Both the position numbers and the translations under genes were made by a program. DNA of 64,000 nucleotides, from contig CAYTGR010000019.1 of the NCBI GenBank assembly GCA_964437445.1, forward strand, positions 5,502 through 69,501, written 5' to 3'. This DNA comes from an uncultured Anaerolineales bacterium (GTDB lineage: Bacteria > Chloroflexota > Anaerolineae > B4-G1 > SLSP01). Shown here piece by piece: positions 1-10,092 of this stretch (positions are counted from its first letter, which is position 1; the number at the start of each line of letters is the position of its first letter). The notes beneath the pieces were generated by a model that ran no database searches, was not told the DNA's origin, and was given only the letters and a program-made list of their open reading frames with translations.

Positions 1-1624
1 ATACCGTGCCCGGTAACGGCCCGTCAGTGTCGTGCAGGCCGGCGAACTCGTGCCCGGCGGCATCTTCGCGGTAGTGCGTCCCCCGTGACTGGCGATTGTG
101 CCAGGCCGCGCGGGTGACGATCCAGGCCGTCTGGGCCATGTTGCGCAGGCCGATCAGCGCGTCGTTGAGGCGGGTGGAGCGGTAGAACTCGTCAATGACC
201 GCCCACAGGTGGTCCAGGTCTTTGAGCGCGCGCGCCAGCCGGTGGGTATTGCGGGCCAGCCCGACGTAAAGCCACATGATGTCCTGGATCGCGCGGGTGT
301 CATTGTAGAGCAACACCGGGTCGGCTGCCGCTCCCTCACTCACATCCTGCCACGGTGGGATGGTCTCGGCGCTGATCTGCGCCAGCTCGTGGCGGGCGGC
401 GATGTCACGCGCGGCCCGGTCCCCCCAGACCAATCCTTCCAGGAGCGAAGTGCTCGCCAGGCGGTTAGCGCCGTGCAGGCCGGTACAGCTGACCTCACCC
501 ACGCTATACAGCCCTTGAATGGTCGAGCGGCCCCACCTGTCCACGTGGACGCCGCCGCAGAAGTAATGGGCCGCCGGCACCACCGGAATCGGCTCCGCCG
601 TGATGTCAATTCCTGCCTTCAGGCAGGTTTCGTAGATGGTGGGGAAACGCGCCGGGATGCGTGTGGCTTCCATGGCGCTGGCCAGGTCCAGCAGCACGTG
701 GGGATAGCCATGCGTTAGCATCTCCTGGTGGATGGCGCGCGAAACGACGTCACGGGGGGCCAGATCGCCCCACTTGGGGGCATAATCGTCCATGAAATGG
801 CGCCCATCGGGGGTGTAAAGCCGGGCTCCCTCGCCGCGCACGGCCTCCGAGATGAGGAAGTTGTCGGCCCCGGGGACGGCCAGGGTCGTGGGGTGAAACT
901 GGATGTATTCGGCGTTGATGACGCGCGCGCCGGCCCGGTAGGCCATCGCCAGCCCGTCGCCGCGTGCCCCTTCGGGGTTGGTGGTGTGGCGGTAGATGCG
1001 CCCCACGCCGCCGGTGGCCAGGATGGTGGCCGGCGCTAACACGCGGTGGATGGTGTTCTGAGCCCGATCCAGCACGTAAGCGCCGTGGCAGGTGATCGGA
1101 CGGTAGGTGGCTAAGGGGTCGTGGCTGTGATGCGACGAGGTGATGAGGTCCACGGCGGTGTGCCCTGGCAGCAGCGTGACGTTGGGCAGCTCCTTGAGCC
1201 GTCGGATCAGCGCGGTCTCAATCGCGCGCCCGGTGGCGTCGCCGACGTGGAGGACGCGCGAGACGGAATGGCCGCCCTCGCGCGTGTAGGAGAGCTCGCC
1301 GCCGTGGGTGTCAAAGGGGACGGCCAGGGCCTCCACCAGGAGGCGATAGACCAGGGTAGGACCTTCTTCTGCCAGCAGCTGCACGGCCTCCGGCAAACTC
1401 AGCCCGGCGCCGGCGCGGAGAATATCCTCCGCCAGCAACGCGGGTGAATCTTCGTGGCCCCGGGCGATGATGCCGCCCTGGGCATAGCGCGTGTTGGACT
1501 CTTCGGGGTCGTAGTTGCGAGTGACCAGCGTCACCTGGCGCTGGCTATCCTGGGCCAGCCGGAGGGCGGCTGTCGCTCCGGCGATGCCACAGCCAATGAT
1601 GAGGGCGTCGGTTTCAATGGGCAT
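1..1624 (-). CDS. nadB: L-aspartate oxidase NadB, C-terminus truncated by the window edge
   Basis: Minus-frame ORF is open from ATG at 1624 to position 2, so it is absent from the ORF track as an incomplete ORF. Manual translation of the N-terminus gives MPIETDALIIGCGIAGATAALRLAQ...YAQGGIIA (FAD dinucleotide-binding fold and NadB-like motif). It sits directly downstream of nadC-nadA. Confidence 0.8.
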   Translation of the reverse strand, partial: MPIETDALIIGCGIAGATAALRLAQDSQRQVTLVTRNYDPEESNTRYAQGGIIARGHEDSPALLAEDILRAGAGLSLPEAVQLLAEEGPTLVYRLLVEALAVPFDTHGGELSYTREGGHSVSRVLHVGDATGRAIETALIRRLKELPNVTLLPGHTAVDLITSSHHSHDPLATYRPITCHGAYVLDRAQNTIHRVLAPATILATGGVGRIYRHTTNPEGARGDGLAMAYRAGARVINAEYIQFHPTTLAVPGADNFLISEAVRGEGARLYTPDGRHFMDDYAPKWGDLAPRDVVSRAIHQEMLTHGYPHVLLDLASAMEATRIPARFPTIYETCLKAGIDITAEPIPVVPAAHYFCGGVHVDRWGRSTIQGLYSVGEVSCTGLHGANRLASTSLLEGLVWGDRAARDIAARHELAQISAETIPPWQDVSEGAAADPVLLYNDTRAIQDIMWLYVGLARNTHRLARALKDLDHLWAVIDEFYRSTRLNDALIGLRNMAQTAWIVTRAAWHNRQSRGTHYREDAAGHEFAGLHDTDGPLPGTV

Positions 1625-1666
1625 AGTTACCTCTTGGTGAAAAATTAAACGCCGGCCAGGGGCGTT

Positions 1667-3577
1667 TTACAGAGCCAACATGCGTTCCAGGGCGACCTTC
1701 GCCCAGCGCGCGATTTCCGGGTCCACGGTGACCTCATGGGCGAAATCACCCCGCAGCAGCTCTTCCAGCGTCGCGGCGAGCCGGGAGGGCGTGATCAGGC
1801 CCATTGTCGGGCAGTAGGGCGGGCGCTCCGAGAGCAGTACAATGGTTTGCTCGGGATGTTCCTGTTGCAGCCGCCGCACTAAGCGCGTTTCGGTGCCGAT
1901 GGCCCATACCGTTCCCGGCGGGGCGGCCTGCACTTGCTTGATGATGTAAGCGGTGGAACCGGCATCGTCGGACAGGGCGACCACGGATTGGTCGCACTCC
2001 GGGTGGACGATGACGCGGACGCCGGGATAGCGCGCCCGGACGGCCTGGATGTCGGCCGGGTGAAAGCGCTGGTGGACGTTGCACGCTCCCGGCCACAGCA
2101 CGACTTGCGCCGCGCGAAGTGCCGCGGCGTCCGGCGGATAGTGCGGGTCCCACAACAAAATCCGTTCCGCCGGTATACCCAGGCGGAGCGCGGTATTGCG
2201 CCCTAAGTGCTGGTCGGGGAAGAAGAAGACGCGGGACCGCTGCGCGAACGCCCACCGCAGCATCTTTTCGGCGTTGCCGGAGGTGCAGACTGTGCCACCA
2301 TGCTGTCCGCAGAAGGCTTTGAGCGCGGCATCGGAGTTGACATAGGTGATGGGGGTGATCTCCTTGTCTGCGGCGCCTGCCAGGGCCGCCTCTAACGCGG
2401 CCCACGCGGCCTCCACGTCACGGCGGGCGGCAGTCTCGGCCAGGTAGCAGCCGGCGTTGGGGTCGGGGATGAAGACGTGCTGGCCGGGTTGGGCCAGGAT
2501 CGCGGCGACCTCGGCCATGAAGTGGACGCCACAGAAGACAATGAACCGGGCCGGGGTGCGGGCGGCCTGGCGCGATAGTTCCAGCGAATCGCCACGGTAA
2601 TCGGCAAAGGCGATCACCTCATCGCGCTGGTAGTGGTGGCCCAGGATGACCAGCTGGTCGCCCAAGGCCGCTTTGGCCTGCCGGATCCGGTCGGCCGGGG
2701 TGGGAGACGTAATCTGGACCGGCGCGACGATTTTCAGGCTGAGATCCAGAGCCGGGGCGGAATGGGTAAGCGCACCGACCGAGATGAAGTCCACGCCGGT
2801 GGCGGCGATTTCGGCGATCGTGGCTAACGTCACGCCGCCGGAGGCCTCCAGCGGGACGCGCCCGGCGGTGAGCAGCACGGCCTGGCGCAGGGTCGCTACG
2901 TCCATGTTGTCCAGCAGGATCCGCTCCGGCGGCGGCTCCAGGGCCAGCGCTTGCCGGAGCTCATCCAGTGTGCGCACTTCCACTTCCAGCGGGAGGGTAG
3001 GGTGGGCGGCCCGCGCCCGCTGGACGGCCAGCGCAATACCGCCCGCGCCGTCCACATGGTTGTCTTTGACCATCAGCATGTCAAACAGGGAAAAGCGATG
3101 GTTGGTCCCGCCCCCCATCCGCACGGCGTATTTATCCAGCACGCGATAGCCGGGCAGTGTTTTGCGCGTATCTAAGATCTGGGCGCGGGTAGTGGCAACG
3201 GCGTCCACGTAGGAGCGCGTCAGCGTGGCGATGCCCGACAGTCGCTGGAGGAAATTGAGCACCGTCCGTTCGGCCGCCAGCAGGGAGGGCCCCGGCCCGC
3301 TGACCTCGGCGATGAGCTCGCCTGGCGTAACTTCCTGCCCGTCGCTCACGTGGGCGGTGAAGGTGATGGCCGGGTCCACCCGGCGGAAGACGGCCGCCGC
3401 CACCGGTAGCCCGGCGATGACGCCCGGCTCCTTGGCGATGATCCGTCCCTGTAGCCGGCGGGTGGGCTCCAGCGTGGCCTGGCTGGTGGCGTCGCCCGGC
3501 CCGATGTCTTCGGCCAGCGCCAGTTCAATCAGCGGCGCGGCCGCGGCCAGCAGTGCCTCAAGCGTATGTGGTTCCAT
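1667..3577 (-). CDS. nadC-nadA: Fusion protein: nicotinate-nucleotide (quinolinate) pyrophosphorylase NadC (N-terminal ~290 aa) fused to quinolinate synthase NadA (C-terminal ~340 aa)
   Basis: 636-aa ORF. N-terminal half carries NadC-type motifs (LDNMDVATLRQAV, GGVTLATIAEIAATGVDFISVGALTHSAPALDLSLKI). C-terminal half is NadA-like (LVILGHHYQRDEV, FCGVHFMAEVAAIL, ACNVHQRF). A GGAAGGAG motif lies upstream of the ATG. Confidence 0.85.
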   Translation of the reverse strand: MEPHTLEALLAAAAPLIELALAEDIGPGDATSQATLEPTRRLQGRIIAKEPGVIAGLPVAAAVFRRVDPAITFTAHVSDGQEVTPGELIAEVSGPGPSLLAAERTVLNFLQRLSGIATLTRSYVDAVATTRAQILDTRKTLPGYRVLDKYAVRMGGGTNHRFSLFDMLMVKDNHVDGAGGIALAVQRARAAHPTLPLEVEVRTLDELRQALALEPPPERILLDNMDVATLRQAVLLTAGRVPLEASGGVTLATIAEIAATGVDFISVGALTHSAPALDLSLKIVAPVQITSPTPADRIRQAKAALGDQLVILGHHYQRDEVIAFADYRGDSLELSRQAARTPARFIVFCGVHFMAEVAAILAQPGQHVFIPDPNAGCYLAETAARRDVEAAWAALEAALAGAADKEITPITYVNSDAALKAFCGQHGGTVCTSGNAEKMLRWAFAQRSRVFFFPDQHLGRNTALRLGIPAERILLWDPHYPPDAAALRAAQVVLWPGACNVHQRFHPADIQAVRARYPGVRVIVHPECDQSVVALSDDAGSTAYIIKQVQAAPPGTVWAIGTETRLVRRLQQEHPEQTIVLLSERPPYCPTMGLITPSRLAATLEELLRGDFAHEVTVDPEIARWAKVALERMLAL

Positions 3578-3954
3578 AAATCGTCGTGACTCCTTCCCAC
3601 TCGTCTATGGTGTCTTCTCAATCTTATTGGGGGGCAGGTTGTCATGAGGCGCTTTAGCGCCGTTTTCAGCGCGCTCAAGTGCGCTACGACAAACCCTTGC
3701 CCCGCTTTTTGAGCAGATGCTCTCTATGTGAGCTACGACTGGCCAGTGCCGGTCAAGTACTTCATGCGATTGGCCCTTCGTCGTTCGCCTCAATCTTACC
3801 ACAACTCTGCCGGTTCGTGGTAGTGACTTTGGTCGCCCTGGCTTATGGTTGCTCTTCTGTCAGAATGTGCTAATCTACGCCCAATGGCTGGCTACTGGCG
3901 CGCCCCCTCGGCGGGCGACAGGCATAAAATCCGGGGAGCACAGGTTGATGCTTT

Positions 3955-6900
3955 ATGGAAGATGCACGGCAGGTCAAACTCCAAGTCCTGGTTGTGGAAG
4001 ATTCTGAGGATGATGCCTGGTTGCTGATCCACGAGCTGCGGCGCGGCGGTTACCAGGTCACGTATGAGCGTGTGGAGACGGCCGCGGCGATGGTCGCCGC
4101 ACTGGACCGGCAACCGTGGGACCTCATCGTCTCGGATTATTACATGCCGCACTTCAGCGGGATGGCGGCGTTGCAGATCTATCAGGAACATGGTCTGGAT
4201 ATCCCATTTATTATCGTTTCGGGCGCGATTGGTGAGGATATTGCTGTAGCGATGATGAAGGCCGGCGCCAGCGACTATCTTCTGAAAGGCAACCTGGCGC
4301 GGTTGGTGCCGGCTGTGGAACGCGAGTTACGGGAGACCGAGGTGCGGCGCCAGCGCCAGCGGGTGCAGGCGGCTTTGCAGGAGAGTGAGGCCCGGTACCG
4401 GCGCACGATTGATTCCCTGGGCGATGCACTCCACGTGGTAGATCGGGATCTGCGCATTGTGCTGTGCAATGAGACCTTCCGCCGCCTGTTGGTGCAATCC
4501 GGCATTGCCACTGATCCGCTGGGGAAAAACTTGCTGGAGTTGCTTCCTTCCCTTCCGCCTCAAGCGCAGGAGGAATACCAGCAGGTGTTGGAGAGTGGGG
4601 ATGTATTGTTGACCGAGGAGGTCATAACCATTGATGGGCAGCCGCTTTGGGCCGAGACACGCAGAATCCCCATTTTGGATGAGCGGGGGCGAGTTTATCA
4701 AATTGTCACGGTGGTGCGCGATATCACCGAGCGCAAGCGGATTGAGGAATCGCTCCGGCGGCACACGGCGCAATTGGAGGCGTTGCGGCAGGTAAGCCTG
4801 GAACTCACCGCTCAGACCGAGCTGGAAACGCTGTTACGCTCTATTGTGACGCAGGCGGTAGGGTTGTTGGCCGGTACTTCGGGGGCGCTGTTTCTCCACC
4901 GCCCGCCGGAGAATTGCCTGGAGTGCGTGGTTGCCATTGGCCTGGGGGTGAATTTTGTCGGGCTATGCCTGGCCCGGGGGGAGGGCGCTTCGGGTCGGGT
5001 GCTGGAAAGTGGTCAACCCCTGGTGATCAGCGATTACCGTACCTGGACAGGGCGTTCTGCCCAGATCCGGGGTGAAGACATTGTTTCCCTTTTAAGTGTG
5101 CCGATTTGCTGGGGAACGGAATTCCTGGGGGTGCTGGATGTTTTCAGCACTGAGCCGGATGTTTTCACCACCGACGATGCTGAATTGTTGATGCTTTTCA
5201 CTGCCCAGGCCGCCATTGCTTTGCGCAACGCTCAGACCCTGGCGGCGGAGGAGCAACAGCGGCTCCGCGCCGAGGCGTTGGTGCAGGCGACGGCTGCGCT
5301 GACCACGACGCTGGAACTGGAAGCGCTGTTGGAAAATTTGCTGAAGGCTGCGATGCAGGTGATTCCGGCGGCCGAGAAAGGCAGTGTGCTCTTGCCAATC
5401 GAGACGACCGGCGAGCTCTGCGTCCACGCTGCGGTGGGCTACCACGATCCCCGGGTCCACGGCTTCTGCCTGCCGCCTGGGGTGGGTTATGCCGGCCTGG
5501 CGTTTAGGGAGCAGCGTCCCTTGTTGGTGCCGGACGCGAGCGTTTTCCTGGAGCGTTATGACCCCGGGGTGGACGAGGTGGAGGCCATCCAAGCGGCGAT
5601 TGCGACCCCGCTCTCTTACCACGACCGGGTGATTGGGGTGATCTCGCTGGATAATGCCAGCCGCCGGGCGGCGTTCACGGAGGAAGATCTGGCGTTGTTG
5701 ATGGCTTTTGCCGATCAGGCCGCCGTGGCGGTGGAAAATGCGCGCTTATTTGAACAGGCCCGCGCCGAGCGTGACCGCCTCGCCAGCCTCTATGAGGCCA
5801 GCCGTTGGTTGGCCGGCGCTTACACGCTGGAGGGGGTCACCCAACAGCTGCCAAAGATCATCCCGTTAGTGAGGGCTGAATATTGTGACCTGATCCTTTT
5901 CCGGACCCATGAGCCGCCTTTTCTCTACTCCAGTACGCCGGAGCGTTCGTGCCTGGACCCGGAGCAAGTCGTTGCTTATGTGCGGCAGGTGACCACCGAA
6001 GGGCTACAATCGTGGGTTCTGGCCCAGCGGCGCTCGGCGCTGGTAGTGGATACCCGGGGCGATCCGCGCTGGGTGACTTTGCCCGGCCATGAGCAAGAAG
6101 ACCCGGTGCGTTCGGTCGTCTGTATCCCCCTCTTTGACCGGCCGGGTAATATTATGGGGACCTTGAGCTATGAGCATTCGCGCCCTGACGTCTTTAGTCC
6201 GGCTGATCTGCGGTTGGCTGAAGAGATCGGGGTGCGGGTCGCTGTAGCGTTAGAGAACGCCCGGCTGTTTGATGAGACACGCCGCCGGCTGGCCCGCGAG
6301 CAGCAGCTGAACGAACTGGCTCACGCGGTGGGCGGGGAAATGGAGCTGGCGCCCCTGTTGCGCCGGTTCCTCCCGGCGGCGGCTCGGTTGGCCGGGGCAG
6401 ATGCGGCTGCCGTCAATATCTTGCAGCCGGATGGGGAAACGTTGGTGGGCTTGTATAACTACGGGTTACCGGAGCATCTGTTAGGAGAACGCATGTCTAT
6501 CCACGAAGGGATTGCCGGGCTGACCTGCCAACAGCGGGGGCCAGTCTTGGTGCCTGACTACCGGGAATATGCGGAGGCCATTGACGACTGGGTGCAAGCC
6601 GGGTTGCGCTCGGTGCTCTCGGTGCCCTTGCTGGCCGGCGATGAAGTGCTCGGTGCTTTGGGGCTGTTTAGTTTAGGCGTGGTCCGTTCCTTTAGTGCGG
6701 AGGCCGTGGTGGCGGCCCAGGCCGCCGCTCGCCTGGCGGCTGTGGCTCTGCAACGGGCCCGCCTGTTTGAAGAAGAACGCCAGGAGCGCCAGCTCTCTGA
6801 GGCGCTGGCTGAGGCGGCCGCCGTCATCAGCCGCTCGTTGGACCCGGATCAAATCCTGGATCATATTTTGGAACAAGTGGCGCGCGTGGTCCCTGGCGAT

Positions 6901-8433
6901 GCTTTTAACATCATGTTGATGACTTCCGATACGGTGGCCCAGGTGGTGCGCTGGCGCGGCTATGAGCAGCTGGGCGATGTTGAGCGGGTGTCCCAGCTGA
7001 AAATGTCGGTGAACCGCTACCCGAATTTCCAGAAGATGATCCAGACCGGTAAGCCGTTGCTGGTCCCCAACACTGAGACGGATTTGCTCTGGGTGCCTAC
7101 AGGGACCCGGCACTGGCAACGTTCTTACGTCGGGGCGCCGATTCAAGTCCGGGGCATCGTCGTCGGCTTTTTGAACGTGAGCGGTACCCGGCCAGGACAG
7201 TTCACGCCCTCTGATGCACAACGCCTGGAGGCCTTTGCCAGCCAGGTCTCCACGGCGCTGGCGAACGCCAATCTCTTTAGCCAGCTGGATCAGGCGCACC
7301 AGCGCTTGCAGCAGCTCTACCAGGAGCTCCAGGACCATGCCGGCCGGCTGGACGAAGAGGTGCGGGAACGGACCGCGCAGATCCGGGCCCAAATGGCGCA
7401 GCTGGAAGCGATTCTGAACAGTACCTCCGACGGCATTTTGGTGACCGATGCTGAGGGACAAATTGTTTTCCCGCCCAACCCGGTGGCGCAGCAGTGGTTG
7501 ACGCAGCTGCCCCCGGCCGACGGGGAGCAGCTGCGGGCCCTGGTGGGCGATCTGGCCCGCCGGGCGGCTGAACACCCCAAGGCGGTGTTGGAGCTCCAGG
7601 GATTGGACCTGCAGCTCAGTGCCGCGCCTATCGCGGTCTCCGGCGACGAACGGGCCACGGTGGTAGTGGTGGCCCACGACATCAGCCAGCTGAAGGCGTT
7701 AGACCGGATGAAGTCGCAGTTTGTCTCTAACGTCTCCCATGAATTGCGGACGCCCATCACCACGATCAAGCTCTACGCTTACATGATGCGCCGGGGGCGG
7801 CCCGAAAAGCGGGAGGAGTACATGGCGGCGCTGGAAAAGGAGGCCGACCGCCAGGCGCAGCTGGTAGGAGATGTTTTGCAGATTTCGCAGATAGACGCCG
7901 GCAAGCTGGTTATTACGCCGCGTCCAACGTCGATGGATGACCTGGGCCGGGCGCTGGTCGCCAGCCACGAAGCGCTGGCGCACTCCTCTGAATTAACCCT
8001 GGAATATCGCCCGGTTGTGCCTGGCCTCTGGGTTTTTGTGGACCCCGACAAAATCAGATTGGTCTTGAACAACCTGGTGGAAAACGCGCTCCGCTATACC
8101 GGGGCCGGCGGCCAGGTCGTGGTCCTGACCGAGATGCAAACGGCGCACGGGCGCTCCTGGGTGACGGTGACGGTCAGCGATACGGGGATGGGCATCCCTG
8201 AAGAGGAGCTGCCGATGATTTTTGAACGATTCTACCGGGGGGAGCAGCCCCGCCAGTTGCAACTGCCGGGGACCGGCCTGGGTCTGGCTATCGTCAAGGA
8301 GGTCACTGAGTTGCACGGTGGTTGGGTGACCGTGGAGAGCCAGGTCGGGGTGGGGAGCAAATTTACCGTCTGGTTGCCCTGGGTAGAAGCTCCCACCGAG
8401 AATGCTCAGACACAGGAGGCGGAATCAAAATGA
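3955..8433 (+). CDS. Hybrid sensor histidine kinase: N-terminal receiver domain, PAS domain, multiple GAF domains, HisKA and HATPase_c
   Basis: 1492 aa. REC motifs (LVVEDSEDD...DLIVSDYYMP...KAGASDYLLK), PAS (RDITERKRIE) and repeated GAF-like blocks are present. H-box SHELRTPIT; G-box GTGLGLAIVKEVTELHGGWV. Confidence 0.85.
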   Translation: MEDARQVKLQVLVVEDSEDDAWLLIHELRRGGYQVTYERVETAAAMVAALDRQPWDLIVSDYYMPHFSGMAALQIYQEHGLDIPFIIVSGAIGEDIAVAMMKAGASDYLLKGNLARLVPAVERELRETEVRRQRQRVQAALQESEARYRRTIDSLGDALHVVDRDLRIVLCNETFRRLLVQSGIATDPLGKNLLELLPSLPPQAQEEYQQVLESGDVLLTEEVITIDGQPLWAETRRIPILDERGRVYQIVTVVRDITERKRIEESLRRHTAQLEALRQVSLELTAQTELETLLRSIVTQAVGLLAGTSGALFLHRPPENCLECVVAIGLGVNFVGLCLARGEGASGRVLESGQPLVISDYRTWTGRSAQIRGEDIVSLLSVPICWGTEFLGVLDVFSTEPDVFTTDDAELLMLFTAQAAIALRNAQTLAAEEQQRLRAEALVQATAALTTTLELEALLENLLKAAMQVIPAAEKGSVLLPIETTGELCVHAAVGYHDPRVHGFCLPPGVGYAGLAFREQRPLLVPDASVFLERYDPGVDEVEAIQAAIATPLSYHDRVIGVISLDNASRRAAFTEEDLALLMAFADQAAVAVENARLFEQARAERDRLASLYEASRWLAGAYTLEGVTQQLPKIIPLVRAEYCDLILFRTHEPPFLYSSTPERSCLDPEQVVAYVRQVTTEGLQSWVLAQRRSALVVDTRGDPRWVTLPGHEQEDPVRSVVCIPLFDRPGNIMGTLSYEHSRPDVFSPADLRLAEEIGVRVAVALENARLFDETRRRLAREQQLNELAHAVGGEMELAPLLRRFLPAAARLAGADAAAVNILQPDGETLVGLYNYGLPEHLLGERMSIHEGIAGLTCQQRGPVLVPDYREYAEAIDDWVQAGLRSVLSVPLLAGDEVLGALGLFSLGVVRSFSAEAVVAAQAAARLAAVALQRARLFEEERQERQLSEALAEAAAVISRSLDPDQILDHILEQVARVVPGDAFNIMLMTSDTVAQVVRWRGYEQLGDVERVSQLKMSVNRYPNFQKMIQTGKPLLVPNTETDLLWVPTGTRHWQRSYVGAPIQVRGIVVGFLNVSGTRPGQFTPSDAQRLEAFASQVSTALANANLFSQLDQAHQRLQQLYQELQDHAGRLDEEVRERTAQIRAQMAQLEAILNSTSDGILVTDAEGQIVFPPNPVAQQWLTQLPPADGEQLRALVGDLARRAAEHPKAVLELQGLDLQLSAAPIAVSGDERATVVVVAHDISQLKALDRMKSQFVSNVSHELRTPITTIKLYAYMMRRGRPEKREEYMAALEKEADRQAQLVGDVLQISQIDAGKLVITPRPTSMDDLGRALVASHEALAHSSELTLEYRPVVPGLWVFVDPDKIRLVLNNLVENALRYTGAGGQVVVLTEMQTAHGRSWVTVTVSDTGMGIPEEELPMIFERFYRGEQPRQLQLPGTGLGLAIVKEVTELHGGWVTVESQVGVGSKFTVWLPWVEAPTENAQTQEAESK

Positions 8434-9344
8434 ACAAGCTCGAGCGCGTGCGCGCGGCCCTCCGTGGCGAGCCGGTGGACCGGGTACCGGCCAGCTTTTG
8501 GTTGCACTTCCCGCCAGCCCAGGCGCGTGGAGAGCCGATGGTGCAGGCCCACCTGGCTTATTACCGTGAAGCGGGGATTGATTTCCTCAAAGTAATGAAC
8601 GAGCACCCTTACGAGGCCAATGTCCCCCTCACTGCGCCGGCTGATTGGCGGCAAGTGCGACCGGCACCGCTCAGGGCCCCCTTCTACCAGGCCCAGCTGG
8701 AAGAGCTCCAGCGGATCGTGGAGGCTCTGCGGGGCGAATGCCTGGTCATCACCACTATTTTCAATCCGTATGCTTCAGGCAACCACGCCGGCAACCGGTG
8801 TGTGACCGAACATCTGAAGGCCGACCCGGTGGCCGTTGGGCAGGGGTTAGCGGCGATTGCCGAGAGCCTGGCCGAGTTTGCGGTGGCCTGTGTGCGGGCC
8901 GGCGCGGCCGGCATTTATTTTGCTGCTCAGGGCGGCGAGGCCCACCGCTTTACCGAGGAAGAATTTTTACGCTACATCAAGCCGGCTGACCTGACCGTTC
9001 TCAACGCAGTGCAGGGCTATGGTGAATTTCACCTGCTGCATATCTGCCGGGATCACGTCCGGTTGCCGCTCTACGTGGATTACCCTGGCCACGCGGTTAA
9101 CTGGGCGGTCACGAAACAGAACCTCAGCCTGAAGGCGGGAGCGGCGCTCTTCCAGCGCACTGTGGTCGGTGGCCTGGACGACCGCGGCGTGATCGTAGAC
9201 GGAGCGCCGGAGCAAATTCGCGCCGCGGTGCGGGCGGTGATTGACGATTTCGGCCCCCGGGGATTGATGGTGGGGGCCGATTGCACCTTGCCGACCGACA
9301 TTGACATCGCCCATATCCGCGCGGCCGTAGAGGCCACGGCTTGA
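8430..9344 (+). CDS. Uroporphyrinogen decarboxylase (URO-D) family protein, MtaA/CmuA-like methyltransferase fold
   Basis: Internal start MNKLERVRAALRGEPVDRVP has a GGAGG 10 nt upstream and overlaps the kinase stop in an ATGA arrangement. URO-D-family N-terminus and overall length (~305 aa). Confidence 0.7.
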   Translation: MNKLERVRAALRGEPVDRVPASFWLHFPPAQARGEPMVQAHLAYYREAGIDFLKVMNEHPYEANVPLTAPADWRQVRPAPLRAPFYQAQLEELQRIVEALRGECLVITTIFNPYASGNHAGNRCVTEHLKADPVAVGQGLAAIAESLAEFAVACVRAGAAGIYFAAQGGEAHRFTEEEFLRYIKPADLTVLNAVQGYGEFHLLHICRDHVRLPLYVDYPGHAVNWAVTKQNLSLKAGAALFQRTVVGGLDDRGVIVDGAPEQIRAAVRAVIDDFGPRGLMVGADCTLPTDIDIAHIRAAVEATA

Positions 9345-9423
9345 CTTTTGACCACAGACCGCGATTTTCCCTTGTTAACCGCCAGTGGTCTGTGGCTCCC
9401 GGCTGTGCCGGTGGCAACTTGAG

Positions 9424-9987
9424 TCAGGTAATGGCTCCGCGCTCGCCGGCCGCGCGCCAGACGCCTATGATGGCCGCTACGAGCAGGAACAGCACGGTCA
9501 ATGTCGGCGCGTTGAAGGTCAGATGGGAAATATCCACCGGGCCATAGGGCTGATACCGGCCACCTGTCGTGGCCCAGGCGATGGCCCACGTCGCGCCGGC
9601 GCTGAGCGCTGCCATCCCCAGACCGGCCCCCAGTCCGTAACCGCAGCTCACCAGCACGATCGGCACAAAGTAGGCCGCGGCCGCAGGGGAGCCCAGCCCG
9701 TAGGCGGCGACATCGGCCGTGATGATCAGGTATAGCAACCCGGTCAGCAGTCCCATGGCGATCCCCACCCGTCCCCGGTGCGCCAGCGCTATGAGTCCTG
9801 CCAGCAACAGGGCCAGCACGGTGCCGGCCACCACGGTTTCCCCCTGCAAGTCGCCGCTGATCAGCCAGGTCAGAATCAAGGCCAGCGCGGCACTCACCAG
9901 CCCCAAACAGGTGAAGATGACCAACCGGGCCCGCCCGCGCGTCAAGGGGTCGCCGGGTGGAAACCAGAGCCAGTGCCAGAATTTCAT
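9424..9987 (-). CDS. Hypothetical polytopic membrane protein (about 5 TM helices)
   Basis: 187-aa ORF with strongly hydrophobic Gly/Ala/Leu-rich segments. The overlapping 326-aa ORF 9080..10060 has a Pro/Arg/Gly bias typical of off-frame translation of high-GC DNA and is rejected. Confidence 0.4.
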   Translation of the reverse strand: MKFWHWLWFPPGDPLTRGRARLVIFTCLGLVSAALALILTWLISGDLQGETVVAGTVLALLLAGLIALAHRGRVGIAMGLLTGLLYLIITADVAAYGLGSPAAAAYFVPIVLVSCGYGLGAGLGMAALSAGATWAIAWATTGGRYQPYGPVDISHLTFNAPTLTVLFLLVAAIIGVWRAAGERGAIT

Positions 9988-10092
9988 GGGTCGCTTCCTC
10001 CTTGTGAAAATAACGCGCTGAGTTTTGAGTTTGTAGTAAGGCGCTTGAGCGCCGGCTCACGTGCTGAAGCGCGTCACTACGAGCCAGAAGAC

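Noticed and set aside
98-1648. Plus-strand ORFs of 206, 103, 108 and 64 aa
   Set aside because: They lie antisense to the NadB coding frame, which was verified by manual translation of the minus strand. Their Arg/Gly/Pro-rich composition is typical of off-frame ORFs in high-GC DNA.
9080-10060. 326-aa minus-strand ORF overlapping the 187-aa membrane protein ORF
   Set aside because: Extreme Arg/Gly/Pro/Ala bias with no domain features. The alternative-frame 187-aa ORF has coherent TM helices. Neither call is certain.
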